A DNA stretch of 64,000 nt from a virus (Duplodnaviria; Heunggongvirae; Uroviricota; Caudoviricetes): the IMG/VR virus record IMGVR_UViG_3300028103_000015; one strand, written 5' to 3'. Below the pieces are notes generated by a model. It made no database searches, had not been told where the DNA came from, and saw only the letters and a program-made list of their open reading frames with translations. The translations under genes were made by a program, and so were the position numbers. This document shows positions 17,240 through 27,232 of this stretch, piece by piece (the stretch's first letter is position 1; each line of letters starts with the position of its first letter).

Positions 17240-18778
17240 TTAATCAACAATCATCTGCACCCTAGAGCTGATTTCATCTCTCATGTGGTCAAGAGACTGA
17301 ACAATATTCTCAATCTCCACAGTGGAAATGTGAGGAATGTTGAACTCATGCTTCTTAGACTCAGCTACAAAACCATCCTTGGCCTTCTCTGACAAGCTCT
17401 CAAGCTCACGAATAGCGTAGCTATCATCTAGTTGAAGAGTATCAAAATCTAGGTCATGTAGGATTTCTGTAGCTTCCTCTCTAGGAACAGTCATGATTGG
17501 GAGATATTCCCAGCACCTGCCCTTAGATTCACCAATACCAACCACCTTCATAGGATTGATTAATACAAGCACAGATTGATCACCACAGCCTACATAATGA
17601 ATCTCGTCAGATGTGAAATGCAAACCTTCTGCACCACAATCATCTGTGTTCCATCTACACTTACCTGGATCCATGTTTACAGGCTTACCAACACGAATAT
17701 CAAATGTGCGTGTATGAGCATCTGTAAATCTATTCTCTGCCCTATTAGGTAAATCTAGATAGAGATCTGTCAAACCTCCAATCTTCTCACCATACTCACT
17801 GTCATTATAATCATAACGATCACCATCACCATCACACGTACCACATGCTGTATACTCATTCTCCTCCTCATCCCACATTTCACCAGTACCATCACAGTCT
17901 TCACATGTTACAACTTTATTAAGGTCTTTGTTATCCACTATTCTATACTCACCATCCTTGAGAAACACTGTATATTCATTTGGACTCTTCTTCCATACAG
18001 CTTTCACCTTGTTGTAAGCATTACTCACGAATTGTACAAGCTCAGTACTACCGTGGAGCGTTACTACGTTCCTCAGTGCAACAAAGAATCCTTGCTTGGT
18101 GATCTTAAAGCTATTCTTCTTGAGGAAGTTGTATAACTTGTCAGCCACCTCAGCACGAGGATTCAGACAGCACCACATAAAGAAGCGCTTCAGAGACTGA
18201 TATTCCTCGTCAATAGACAAAGACCAACGATTTCCATTGTGTCTGTTCACTATACGAAGGAACTCCTCAACAAGAAGTTGTGGAAGTGTGCGGTTGATAC
18301 CATACAGATAAACACTATTCCCCTTCACCTCAAAATCATTCAGCTCAGCCAGTAGTTTAATACCAGCCTGTAGCGCTCTAACTCTCTCAGCTTCATGCTC
18401 TTGTTTCTTTCTCTCTGTAACCACCTCTTGAACAGCCATAATGTCTATAATCTCATATTCATCTATAGCACTACGAACATCCTCAAAATCCTGTGTTGTA
18501 GCATTTGGCTTAGATAGGATGGACCCATCGTTAAGCACCACAGTGAGCACATTATTCACAAGCTTTACATTCTTGTAGGACTTTGTAGCTACACCTCCTG
18601 TGTTGGTGTTCACAGTCCAATTGTATGTCTTTTCTGCAGCAGGTAATGTCGCAGATGTTGCAGATGTTGCTTGAAACAATTCTTTTCTTAGGAGCTCATT
18701 CTTTATTCTTTGCTCCTCCACCTGTAATTCATCAAGTTCTCTTTGTTTTTTTGATTTGAACCAGTTTAATGTAAACAT
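17240..18778 (-). CDS. hypothetical protein with DnaJ-type CxxCxGxG zinc-finger repeats
   Basis: CEDCDGTGE and CGTCDGDGD motifs, plus a C-terminal Cys/His-rich region. Lies immediately downstream of the HSP90 gene. Confidence 0.5.
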   Translation of the reverse strand: MFTLNWFKSKKQRELDELQVEEQRIKNELLRKELFQATSATSATLPAAEKTYNWTVNTNTGGVATKSYKNVKLVNNVLTVVLNDGSILSKPNATTQDFEDVRSAIDEYEIIDIMAVQEVVTERKKQEHEAERVRALQAGIKLLAELNDFEVKGNSVYLYGINRTLPQLLVEEFLRIVNRHNGNRWSLSIDEEYQSLKRFFMWCCLNPRAEVADKLYNFLKKNSFKITKQGFFVALRNVVTLHGSTELVQFVSNAYNKVKAVWKKSPNEYTVFLKDGEYRIVDNKDLNKVVTCEDCDGTGEMWDEEENEYTACGTCDGDGDRYDYNDSEYGEKIGGLTDLYLDLPNRAENRFTDAHTRTFDIRVGKPVNMDPGKCRWNTDDCGAEGLHFTSDEIHYVGCGDQSVLVLINPMKVVGIGESKGRCWEYLPIMTVPREEATEILHDLDFDTLQLDDSYAIRELESLSEKAKDGFVAESKKHEFNIPHISTVEIENIVQSLDHMRDEISSRVQMIVD

Positions 18779-18796
18779 GTTGTTTGTTTTTGAATT

Positions 18797-21097
18797 TTAT
18801 AATATTTCGTTTAATACTTCCTCACTAATAGGTGTTTCTATTTCCACCTCATCGTTGAGCTTGATTTGATAATATTTCAGATCCACCCTATGCTTGTGAT
18901 ATTTGAATAGATCTACGAGAGCCTGTGTTATTTTCTGAGTTTTATCATTAGTGTAAACACTCATGGCGTCTAGAATTGGATGGAGGAACAAAAGCTTTTC
19001 GCACACAGCCTTCACCTGCTTATACGTGTCATGTATCTCAGGATCAAACTGATTCACCTCTGTAGCATGCGCTGCAATAGCATCTCTAGCTTCATCACTC
19101 ATGATGTCTCTATAGTTTTTTCTAAAATAACTCTCCAGTATTTCCACCTTATTAAACAGATCTGTAGATACGTATTGCAGGTGTTGTCTATTACTGAACA
19201 CAGCTCTATATTCATCTCTGAGCTTGTCAATCATACAGCTAGAAGCTATACGTTGGAACATTTTATTCTTCCCTTCCATAAATTTACTAAAAGACATTAG
19301 GTTATGTAATTTCAAGCTAGTCACTATTTTGAGCTCACGGTCACTGAATATAGCCAGCTCAACATTGTGGTTTCTACTAGGTTTAAACCATTCATCCATT
19401 TTGTTAGCATCTTCCTGCTTACCATACAAAAGAACAAACTTGTTCTGGTGGAACTTAGCTAGGTCATATATCTTGCTCACCCACTTACAGTTTTTACCAT
19501 CAGACCAACGCTCTAGCGCTTCAGCCTGTTTACACACAATCTCACCCTTGAGCTTTATTCTACGAACACCAGGCGTACCACTTGCATTAACACTCACCTT
19601 CACCTTCTTTCTAGAATCAATGAAGGATTGAGGAATGTCTATTGTGTCAAGACTGATAAATGTACTTGTTAAGCTCTTAACAACCAATTGGAAGTCTTTA
19701 ATCAATTGTCTCCATTGTTCCTTTGGATAGTCACGAAGCTGTAGGATGTTATAATAGTTGTCATAAGCACCATCTTTACCACGCAGCTTGAAGTTTTTCA
19801 CCTTCTTAAATATGTAAGCCTCTTCATGTGTATGAGATTGTGAGCTCTTGACATAGTCTTTCTTTAACTGACTAAGTTTCTCTGATTCATATACATACAC
19901 TTTATCCTTCAGACGTCTTACAGATGTTATTTGGTAATAACTCTTGGCATCACGAACCATCTTTCTGTTTACAACAAACTTGCCCTCATATTCTCCAAGA
20001 ATATACTCCTGCAGCTTTGCAATGCGAGAAGGTTTTAGTAATGTAGTTCCCTTAAAGTTGGGCTCGTTCATTTTAATTGTAGCAAACTGAGACAAAGGAT
20101 TGATGTCCCACTTGTTAGTGTTAAACATCAAATACCTATTGTTGCTATCAAAATACTCTACAATCTTTCTAACATTATCTGTTTCTTTAACACTCTCGTT
20201 ATATTTCTCCACAAAATAATCAGCAGCTTGAGAAAGACGTTTGAGAATGATAGCCTTGGCCTCCTGTGTATATCTAATAGATTCTCTGTTTGGTGTTGGA
20301 AATATACCATCTGTCAAACTAAATCTAAGACCAACAGGAAGCATTATATAATCAATACCAAGCTTCTTAAAATCCATGGGATAGTAGACATTATCCAAAC
20401 AGATGTGTAGATTGTTGTCTTTAGCTAGTTCAGAGAATTGAAAATACTGATGACGGACAATTGTAAAATCATTACTAATCCCTTCTACATCAAAATATAC
20501 ATTCTCGAAATAAGCTAGCTGCTCGTTGATTTTATGATTGAAATCATACTTATCACGCCAGCTAATTGGAACAATCACCTTAACACCATTAGGCTGATCT
20601 GTAGGAGCTTCATATAAGAGGTCAATTGTATTGACATCTTCTCCTTCATACATCATGTATTTGCGTTCCATTCCATCCTTACGAGCGATAAAATAGAAGC
20701 TAGATGTATATGCTAGCGGGGCTTTAAATCCTAGCCCCATCATGCCTAGTTCTGTAGTGCTATTACGCTTTGTACTCTTACCATATTTACTGATGATATT
20801 CTTTACGTCCTCAGCATCTAGTCCTGTACCAAAATCCTCTACAGAGAATTCATATGAGTTGTCTTTTGTAGCACGCAGGCTGACAATAATAGGTTTGTCA
20901 GTTTGTGCTCTTCTGTGACTGTCCAGCGCATTAGAGGCACACTCACGAATAGTGGAACCAATTGCGTCTGAATACAAGTTCTTGCTCAGCATTTGCATAA
21001 GCACCTGTGCTGAGTCCAGGTCTAAGGACATGCCTATAGACTCTGTGGATTCACCGTCCTGATGAATCAATGCTTCTTTCTGTTTTTCTAATATCAT
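18797..21097 (-). CDS. HSP90-family GHKL ATPase (HtpG-like), 766 aa
   Basis: N-box LMQMLSKNLYSDAIGSTIRECASNALDS (compare HtpG [24 protein letters not shown]), G1 box VEDFGTGLD, G2 box ELGMMGLGFKAPLAYTSSFYFIAR. Confidence 0.75.
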   Translation of the reverse strand: MILEKQKEALIHQDGESTESIGMSLDLDSAQVLMQMLSKNLYSDAIGSTIRECASNALDSHRRAQTDKPIIVSLRATKDNSYEFSVEDFGTGLDAEDVKNIISKYGKSTKRNSTTELGMMGLGFKAPLAYTSSFYFIARKDGMERKYMMYEGEDVNTIDLLYEAPTDQPNGVKVIVPISWRDKYDFNHKINEQLAYFENVYFDVEGISNDFTIVRHQYFQFSELAKDNNLHICLDNVYYPMDFKKLGIDYIMLPVGLRFSLTDGIFPTPNRESIRYTQEAKAIILKRLSQAADYFVEKYNESVKETDNVRKIVEYFDSNNRYLMFNTNKWDINPLSQFATIKMNEPNFKGTTLLKPSRIAKLQEYILGEYEGKFVVNRKMVRDAKSYYQITSVRRLKDKVYVYESEKLSQLKKDYVKSSQSHTHEEAYIFKKVKNFKLRGKDGAYDNYYNILQLRDYPKEQWRQLIKDFQLVVKSLTSTFISLDTIDIPQSFIDSRKKVKVSVNASGTPGVRRIKLKGEIVCKQAEALERWSDGKNCKWVSKIYDLAKFHQNKFVLLYGKQEDANKMDEWFKPSRNHNVELAIFSDRELKIVTSLKLHNLMSFSKFMEGKNKMFQRIASSCMIDKLRDEYRAVFSNRQHLQYVSTDLFNKVEILESYFRKNYRDIMSDEARDAIAAHATEVNQFDPEIHDTYKQVKAVCEKLLFLHPILDAMSVYTNDKTQKITQALVDLFKYHKHRVDLKYYQIKLNDEVEIETPISEEVLNEIL

Positions 21098-21099
21098 AA

Positions 21100-21411
21100 T
21101 TATGCCTTTTTAACCAACCAAATGTTTCTGTAATTTAGATCTACGTATTTTTCCACTGTGTAATTATCTGATGCGTTGTATTCTTTTCTGGTCCATGTGC
21201 GTGCGTGACCACCCCAATTAGTGTTGTATGTTATTTCTTTCATAGCCACTACACATTTCACCGATTTGTAATAGGTTTTACCTTGTTGACCATGAACAGG
21301 CTGCACCTTCTTTGGTTCTACGGGTCTAATCACCTTAGCTCTGGCAATAGTTCCCTGTACAGAGTAGAGGAACTCATCCCCCATCTGTAATTGTGTTACA
21401 TCAATTTCCAT
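21100..21411 (-). CDS. hypothetical protein
   Basis: ORF tiling. Confidence 0.4.
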   Translation of the reverse strand: MEIDVTQLQMGDEFLYSVQGTIARAKVIRPVEPKKVQPVHGQQGKTYYKSVKCVVAMKEITYNTNWGGHARTWTRKEYNASDNYTVEKYVDLNYRNIWLVKKA

Positions 21412-21421
21412 AAATGTTTGT

Positions 21422-22141
21422 TTAGAAAGGAGGCTCTTCGTAGAGCCATTCGATTTGATAATTGTTGTTGTCTTTTACAATCTTGTTCACCTTGGTGAAT
21501 ACACCCTCTGTATCCCAATCTGTGTTCTTGTAAGAAGCACTGGCTGGATGACTAAGAGCAAAAGACCATGTGAAGGGTGATACATAGCGCTGATATTTGG
21601 AAGCATCTTTGCCCAGAAATATAATAGGCACACCAGCTGTATCTATTGCGTGTTCAAAGAACCAACGTGTAAATGGTTCCCAAAGAGCAATGTGTGAGCC
21701 TGCCTTGTTGATTTCTGTTGTGAGCGCTGCGTTAAACATCAGCACACCCTGGTGAGCTAGATAGCTAACGTCTGGTGTCTTGGTGAATTTAAGATTGAGC
21801 CCGTCATAGAGTTCTCTCTCAATACCACCATAAAACTGTTCCAGCGATGGCTGTAGGCTATTTGTAATAGAACAACCCATTAACAAACCATCTGCTACAT
21901 ATACACCATTCTTAGCTGTGTGATAGGGGCACATGCCCATCATCACCACCTTTAGATTGTCTAGCGAAGTTTCTTTGAATGCTCTGAATACATTAGAAGA
22001 AAGAGGGGCTATTTTCTTGCCCCTCTTTGATTCTCTTTTGAGAAACTCATAGATCTCATCACATTCACTACTTTCGATGAATGGCCTCATCTTAGCATGC
22101 CAGCTCTCATGAAACTGGTCTTTGAATTTCTCCCAAATCAT
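21422..22141 (-). CDS. uracil-DNA glycosylase family-1 homologue with the water-activating Asp replaced by Cys (GMCPYH instead of GQDPYH)
   Basis: Colinear with E. coli Ung: KVVMMGMCPYH against KVVILGQDPYH, PSLEQFY against PSLLNMY, GVLMFNAALT against GVLLLNTVLT, and HPASASY against HPSPLSA with His187 conserved. Confidence 0.75.
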   Translation of the reverse strand: MIWEKFKDQFHESWHAKMRPFIESSECDEIYEFLKRESKRGKKIAPLSSNVFRAFKETSLDNLKVVMMGMCPYHTAKNGVYVADGLLMGCSITNSLQPSLEQFYGGIERELYDGLNLKFTKTPDVSYLAHQGVLMFNAALTTEINKAGSHIALWEPFTRWFFEHAIDTAGVPIIFLGKDASKYQRYVSPFTWSFALSHPASASYKNTDWDTEGVFTKVNKIVKDNNNYQIEWLYEEPPF

Positions 22142-22142
22142 A

Positions 22143-22916
22143 TTAAAATGGCATTTCTAATTGTGTGAAAGGAATTTCTTCTACCACTGGCGTGAGAACA
22201 TTAATACCAGCAGCATTCACAAAGAAGGAATGCGCGTTGATATGATTTCTCATCCATAAGCTTGGGTGAACCTCCTTCATAGCGAATGTGGTGTGTTGAT
22301 AGAGCTCCCATAAGCTGCCTGGAGCACCATAATCAAAAGATGGGTTCTCTATTTGACCCCTGATGATGTTAAGCTGTGTGCTCTCAATGATGTTTTCCTC
22401 TATGATCATTCTACCAATAAGCTCAGCTGTTGTACGCTTTGTCACTTCCATATTCTTCATAGCATCACGTTCGCTTTGAATCTTTGTGAAAGCATCACCT
22501 GCTTGCTTAATATATTCTGTAATAGCGTTAGGTGTGAATGTTTGGATTTCTCCTCTGTGTGCTTTTCTAAATGCACCATAATCACCTGATACACAACCAT
22601 TTGAACAAATAAAGATGCGTGTACCAATAGCAAACTTCAAACTCATAGTTTTGTCATAGCTATTCTGCCAGCCAATCTGTAGCTGCATTTCGCTATCTGC
22701 TATATTCTTGATGGTATATCTACCATTTGCTACATTACCATCTCTTGCTGCTGAATATGTTTCTTCTTCTAATTCAAAACCTGCTCCATGTATGCTCTCT
22801 AATGTCAGGTCCATAAGCTGTTGATGTGTAACAGGCTTGTAAGTTTTTGTTTCTGCAGGAAGTGCTGCGTTTAGCAGAATGTCTTTTGCTGCTAAATAGG
22901 ATTTTTTTGTTTCCAT
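22143..22916 (-). CDS. DUF932-like phage/plasmid protein
   Basis: Size and the IGTRIFICSNGCVSG motif resemble the DUF932 core. From memory only. Confidence 0.35.
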   Translation of the reverse strand: METKKSYLAAKDILLNAALPAETKTYKPVTHQQLMDLTLESIHGAGFELEEETYSAARDGNVANGRYTIKNIADSEMQLQIGWQNSYDKTMSLKFAIGTRIFICSNGCVSGDYGAFRKAHRGEIQTFTPNAITEYIKQAGDAFTKIQSERDAMKNMEVTKRTTAELIGRMIIEENIIESTQLNIIRGQIENPSFDYGAPGSLWELYQHTTFAMKEVHPSLWMRNHINAHSFFVNAAGINVLTPVVEEIPFTQLEMPF

Positions 22917-22926
22917 GTGTTGTTGT

Positions 22927-23931
22927 TTATAAAAGTTTCTTTTCGTTTAAATACGATATAATGGCTCTTAGTCCGTGCTCTTTTGCTAGATCAGCCCAAT
23001 CCTTAATGCCTTCTGTCAGATATTTTCGTGGAACATTTGCATACTCAAAGTTAAACAATTTGGTTATCATTTGACTATTCCTAACACCCACATCATCTGC
23101 ATCAAAGGACAGGATTTGCCTGTCAGAGTTGGCCTTTAGATATTCTACATTCTCATCAGAAAAGCATGCTACACCCTCATTCTGGACAGCACAGCAGCAG
23201 GGAAACACCTTTTTCATCACCATGTAGTCCTTTTTAGACTTGTTGATGAATGCCACCCTACAATTCTTTATATCCTCCTTACCATCCATGGCTGTAATAG
23301 GCACATTATTGGGCACCCATTTGCTTTTCTTGTCTCCAAAAGGACGATAGATCTTCCAATGACCATCATATAGATAACCAAACCTGAGTTCTGTGTCCTT
23401 TAGAGGAAAACGCTTCCTGTTGAGAAATAGCTCTTTGATTGAATACACACTGTTGGCTCTGAGATCATCTAAGCTCTGATAGTATTGGTTCCAATATTCA
23501 AGTTCTTCTTTTGTGAACTTGCGTGTCACCACCTGAATCAAAGAATAGCGCTTTCCCAGGTCTTCTGGTTGCTTATATTCCTTCTGAATGGTCTTATACT
23601 TGTCTGTAGAGGTGCCTGGTAGAAAACCTAGCCCAAAGTCTTTATCAATCAATCTGAGCACCTCATCCATATTGGATAGATTGTACAGCATTTTGACAAA
23701 TGTGAAGCAATCTCCACGCTTGCTGGTATCTGCAAAATCTATAAAGGATATTGTCCCTCTTTTATTCCCTATAACAAATGAGGGATTATTTTCGCTCCTA
23801 AATGGGGAAAAGGTGGCTTGATTGAGCTTCCAGTTTTTATCTGGCATGTAGAACCTAAATATGTCATACTCTGATATCTTGTTGAGCACAGCCTGAGGAG
23901 TGAGCCTCAACTTGATGTCTCCTTGAATCAT
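22927..23931 (-). CDS. DnaG-like DNA primase (degenerate zinc-binding domain plus TOPRIM-like core)
   Basis: N-terminal ISEYDIFRFY..FSPFRSENNPSFVI is colinear with the DnaG zinc-binding domain but lacks the Cys/His ligands. C-terminal acidic motif ILSFDADDVGV is TOPRIM-like. Confidence 0.5.
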   Translation of the reverse strand: MIQGDIKLRLTPQAVLNKISEYDIFRFYMPDKNWKLNQATFSPFRSENNPSFVIGNKRGTISFIDFADTSKRGDCFTFVKMLYNLSNMDEVLRLIDKDFGLGFLPGTSTDKYKTIQKEYKQPEDLGKRYSLIQVVTRKFTKEELEYWNQYYQSLDDLRANSVYSIKELFLNRKRFPLKDTELRFGYLYDGHWKIYRPFGDKKSKWVPNNVPITAMDGKEDIKNCRVAFINKSKKDYMVMKKVFPCCCAVQNEGVACFSDENVEYLKANSDRQILSFDADDVGVRNSQMITKLFNFEYANVPRKYLTEGIKDWADLAKEHGLRAIISYLNEKKLL

Positions 23932-24311
23932 TTGTAATCAATATATTGTTTTACCTCTTGAATGTCTGAATTAAGCAAAATATTTATCTTGTTCTTTATA
24001 TTGAAGCGCTCATCATTTAGATGGTATACACTTCTAGCTAGAGATACAAACTCGCCTTCAAACTTGTTTTCTTTCTCAAGGATGCGCAGCTTATCTTCTA
24101 CATTCCATAGCTGTGAATTAATTCCTATTAAGTCCTCATAAAGGACAGATATAGAATCATTGGCTAAGAATGGACCTGCTACAGCCATTAGTTCCTTGAT
24201 CTCTGTTTGAACCTTTGCAAGCTTGGTTTCATCTTTTATCTTGCTCCTTTTTATTTGTAGGATGCTTATTTTATCAATCAGCTCTCCTACGCTCACTGGG
24301 ATTGTCAACAT
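23928..24311 (-). CDS. hypothetical protein
   Basis: 127-aa ORF with predicted coiled coil. Confidence 0.45.
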   Translation of the reverse strand: MLTIPVSVGELIDKISILQIKRSKIKDETKLAKVQTEIKELMAVAGPFLANDSISVLYEDLIGINSQLWNVEDKLRILEKENKFEGEFVSLARSVYHLNDERFNIKNKINILLNSDIQEVKQYIDYK

Positions 24312-24367
24312 AACAAAAATAAAGCCCCCACCAATCTTTGATGAGGGCTATTTGGAGGTTAAGGGAT

Positions 24368-25231
24368 TTAATAGTCATCACCATCATCAGAGAGCACAGC
24401 ATCAGATGCAACCAAGTTATCATCTGGGTTATACTCCTTGATATCATGGAGAACATAGAAGTCTCTGCATCCATATTCACCTGTAACATTCACTACAAAA
24501 CGCTCATGAGGTTTCAAGTCTTTCAACTTCTTAGCACGAAGGCTTGTTTGTAATGTTACATCGTTATAGTTGATAAGACGGAAGTTCTTTAATGCATAAG
24601 CTGGCAAGAATGCCTTGTTATACACACCCTGATATTCCTTGTTCTCACCATTCTTCTCTTTCATAACAACAGTGGCAAGAGCACCAATGTTTGTGCTATA
24701 TGCACCATCCACTTGGCTCTTCAGCTCACTAACGTTGCCTTTCATAAGCTTCTTCCAGTCAGCCTGTAGAACAGTGGTGTCCTTCATATAGTCAAGCTTA
24801 CCTAACCATGTGCGGAGGAACTCATAGAATTCTTCTTCTCCTACATATGCAACACGATAGTCACGCTTTACAAACCATTCATTCAAATCATTAGGATCTG
24901 CAGCCCAAGCTGTTCTACCAATGTTGTTGATATATTGTTTCTTGCTACCATCTCTGCTTTCGCGTTCTTTGTCTTCCAAGAAGAATGTAGCCTTGAACTT
25001 ATCACCGCTTTTAACATCTTTAAGCCAAACGTCAATACGCAAATACGCATTGCCATCTTTACTCTTGCCAAGGTATTCTGTCACCTTGTTATCTGCAGGA
25101 AGTTCAATGTCTAAGATTTCTTTAAATTCTTCTGGTGTAGGATTGATAGCTACCACTTCAGCTTCAAATAATCCCACCTTCTTTGGAAATTCTTTCGATT
25201 GTAATTGTTCTCTTTTGTCTCCTTGAATCAT
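24368..25231 (-). CDS. putative single-stranded DNA-binding protein
   Basis: Sits in the replication module and carries a strongly acidic C-terminal tail (SDDGDDY), typical of SSB partner-interaction tails. No conserved OB-fold motif was verified. Confidence 0.35.
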   Translation of the reverse strand: MIQGDKREQLQSKEFPKKVGLFEAEVVAINPTPEEFKEILDIELPADNKVTEYLGKSKDGNAYLRIDVWLKDVKSGDKFKATFFLEDKERESRDGSKKQYINNIGRTAWAADPNDLNEWFVKRDYRVAYVGEEEFYEFLRTWLGKLDYMKDTTVLQADWKKLMKGNVSELKSQVDGAYSTNIGALATVVMKEKNGENKEYQGVYNKAFLPAYALKNFRLINYNDVTLQTSLRAKKLKDLKPHERFVVNVTGEYGCRDFYVLHDIKEYNPDDNLVASDAVLSDDGDDY

Positions 25232-25265
25232 TGTTTTTCGTTTTAATTGTTAATGAATGTGTGCT

Positions 25266-25937
25266 TTAATTGTAATATTCGTCTATTGTATCTGCTACAA
25301 GCTGTAGGTTGTTTTCCACTTTGATGTCTTTAAACATACCGTCTGGACTCTTAGCAGGATATTTTCTGAATCTGTTGGTCACGAAATAATAGCTAGATGA
25401 ACCATCTTTGGTCTCCTCAATATGTGTATACAAACAAATAGTGAGCAGGCCCTCTAGTCCAATCTGACTATCAATCATCTTACCAGCAGTTTTGATCTTG
25501 TAACCAATTATCTCACCACCATCTTCCACTGTTTCTGGATGGGAGAAATAGAACACCTTTAGATCATCACGGAGATTACGAGCTGTTCTGAACAAATCAA
25601 CCATGTCTCTAGCCATAATAGTAAACTTGGTAAAACCAGTTTCTGTGGCTTTTTGCATCAGGTTGAAGCCCATAATGTAATTACTGTCCTCGATGATGAT
25701 GTTCTTAACATGCGGAGCATCTTTTGAAAGTGTGCGCAATCTCTGAGAAATCAGGTTTGCGTCATCAATTTCATCATAGTTTCTGTTCTCTCTGTTGTAC
25801 AATTTGTCTGCGCCTTTGAATGGAAGTTCCTTCTTTGCTACGTTGATAATGTACGTTTCTTTTGGATTTAGGTGCTTGATAGAGGTGGATTTACCTGTAC
25901 CAGTGGGACCCACAATTGCGATGAGTTTACTTGACAT
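25266..25937 (-). CDS. P-loop NTPase (AAA_24/Sak4-like or kinase-like)
   Basis: Walker A IVGPTGTGKST and Walker B-like IIIED. Confidence 0.55.
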   Translation of the reverse strand: MSSKLIAIVGPTGTGKSTSIKHLNPKETYIINVAKKELPFKGADKLYNRENRNYDEIDDANLISQRLRTLSKDAPHVKNIIIEDSNYIMGFNLMQKATETGFTKFTIMARDMVDLFRTARNLRDDLKVFYFSHPETVEDGGEIIGYKIKTAGKMIDSQIGLEGLLTICLYTHIEETKDGSSSYYFVTNRFRKYPAKSPDGMFKDIKVENNLQLVADTIDEYYN

Positions 25938-25967
25938 GTGCTTTAAGTTTATGTATGTAGTTTAGAG

Positions 25968-26159
25968 CTATAAAGGTAGGTCAATTTCTTCACTTCTCAA
26001 AATTTCTGAGTATTTATTTGGTACACCATTTTTCATACTTTCAAACTTCTCTTCTATCCATAACAAACTATAAGAACCTGTGACATAATCACCATCTTTG
26101 AGTAGTCTATACCAGGGTTCTTTACCAATTTCTGTTACTTTTTCAATTTCTAGTTTCAT
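25968..26159 (-). CDS. hypothetical protein
   Basis: ORF tiling. Confidence 0.35.
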   Translation of the reverse strand: MKLEIEKVTEIGKEPWYRLLKDGDYVTGSYSLLWIEEKFESMKNGVPNKYSEILRSEEIDLPL

Positions 26160-27232
26160 ACGTATTTAATTTTTGTTTTGTCAAAGAATTCTAATGCTTT
26201 CTTAAGCCATTTCCTTTCTACATCCTCTGTTGTGCAGATGATATATATCTTGGCTTTCTTGTCAGGATTGTCATATTCCATAGCCATGCACCTGTTTATC
26301 TTTTGAGCCAGGTTTTCTGCATTACTATCGAAATAGTTGATAATCACCTTGTTAAGAGGTTTATATGTTACCCCCGTGTTACCTATTTTCACTACAGCCA
26401 TATGATTACCATGGCCTGCAGCAAACTTCTCAAATGTGTCTTTCTCTCCTTTCTTGCTATGATAGGAAGGAATGCCTAGCTGGTCAGCTATTTTTGTGAC
26501 ACCACAGAACACCAGAATGCGTTCATCTTTGAAATTCTGTAATATTCTCTTTGTACATTCACGTTTGGCTAAGCTGTTTTGGATTATTCTCATCCTTGCT
26601 AGCCTGAGAAACATGGTGGTTTTACCCTCACGCTCAGCGTTGCCTATAGCCCATGTGTAAGCATCAAAGCGCCTCTTCTCTGTACATATCTTGCCTTTGA
26701 AGTTTTGCTTTATCTTATCATCCAGGGGAATCATTCTCACAACTATCTCATAATCAACAATAACACCTTCCTTGATAGCCTGTTCAATTGAATAGTCTGC
26801 AATGACACACAAATCTAGGTGTTCACAGAGTGTGTCCTCTGTCCATCTAGATAGTGTACCTGTCAGGCCTAATACAACATCATTGCGTTTCAATAGGTCC
26901 TTGGTTGCAAATAATTGATTATCAGACAGTAAGTGGATTTCATCTATCACCACCATGTCATAAGCATTGTCCTTATACTTATGCAGAGATATGTGTGTAG
27001 TGTATGTGACACCACTGTCATCATATCCACGTTTCTCAAAGTCTGTTTGCCAAGCTGCTTTGATCTTTGTGTCTGGGTAGGCAATAAGAATGCTCTTTGG
27101 TTTAGTTTTCTCAAGGATGTTGATGGTGGTAAATATCTTACCAAATCTGGGACACAGATTAAGTATCCCAAACTTGCCAGCATTTATCCATATATCAGCA
27201 AACTCCTTTTGTCGTTTGTCTCTTAGAGTCAT
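26156..27232 (-). CDS. superfamily-2 DNA helicase (DEAH-like)
   Basis: Motif I PRFGKIFT, motif II VVIDEIHLL, motif III GLTGTLSR. Confidence 0.65.
   Translation of the reverse strand: MTLRDKRQKEFADIWINAGKFGILNLCPRFGKIFTTINILEKTKPKSILIAYPDTKIKAAWQTDFEKRGYDDSGVTYTTHISLHKYKDNAYDMVVIDEIHLLSDNQLFATKDLLKRNDVVLGLTGTLSRWTEDTLCEHLDLCVIADYSIEQAIKEGVIVDYEIVVRMIPLDDKIKQNFKGKICTEKRRFDAYTWAIGNAEREGKTTMFLRLARMRIIQNSLAKRECTKRILQNFKDERILVFCGVTKIADQLGIPSYHSKKGEKDTFEKFAAGHGNHMAVVKIGNTGVTYKPLNKVIINYFDSNAENLAQKINRCMAMEYDNPDKKAKIYIICTTEDVERKWLKKALEFFDKTKIKYV

Noticed and set aside
19224-19631. 135-aa plus ORF inside the HSP90 gene
   Set aside because: It is antisense to a confidently identified gene.
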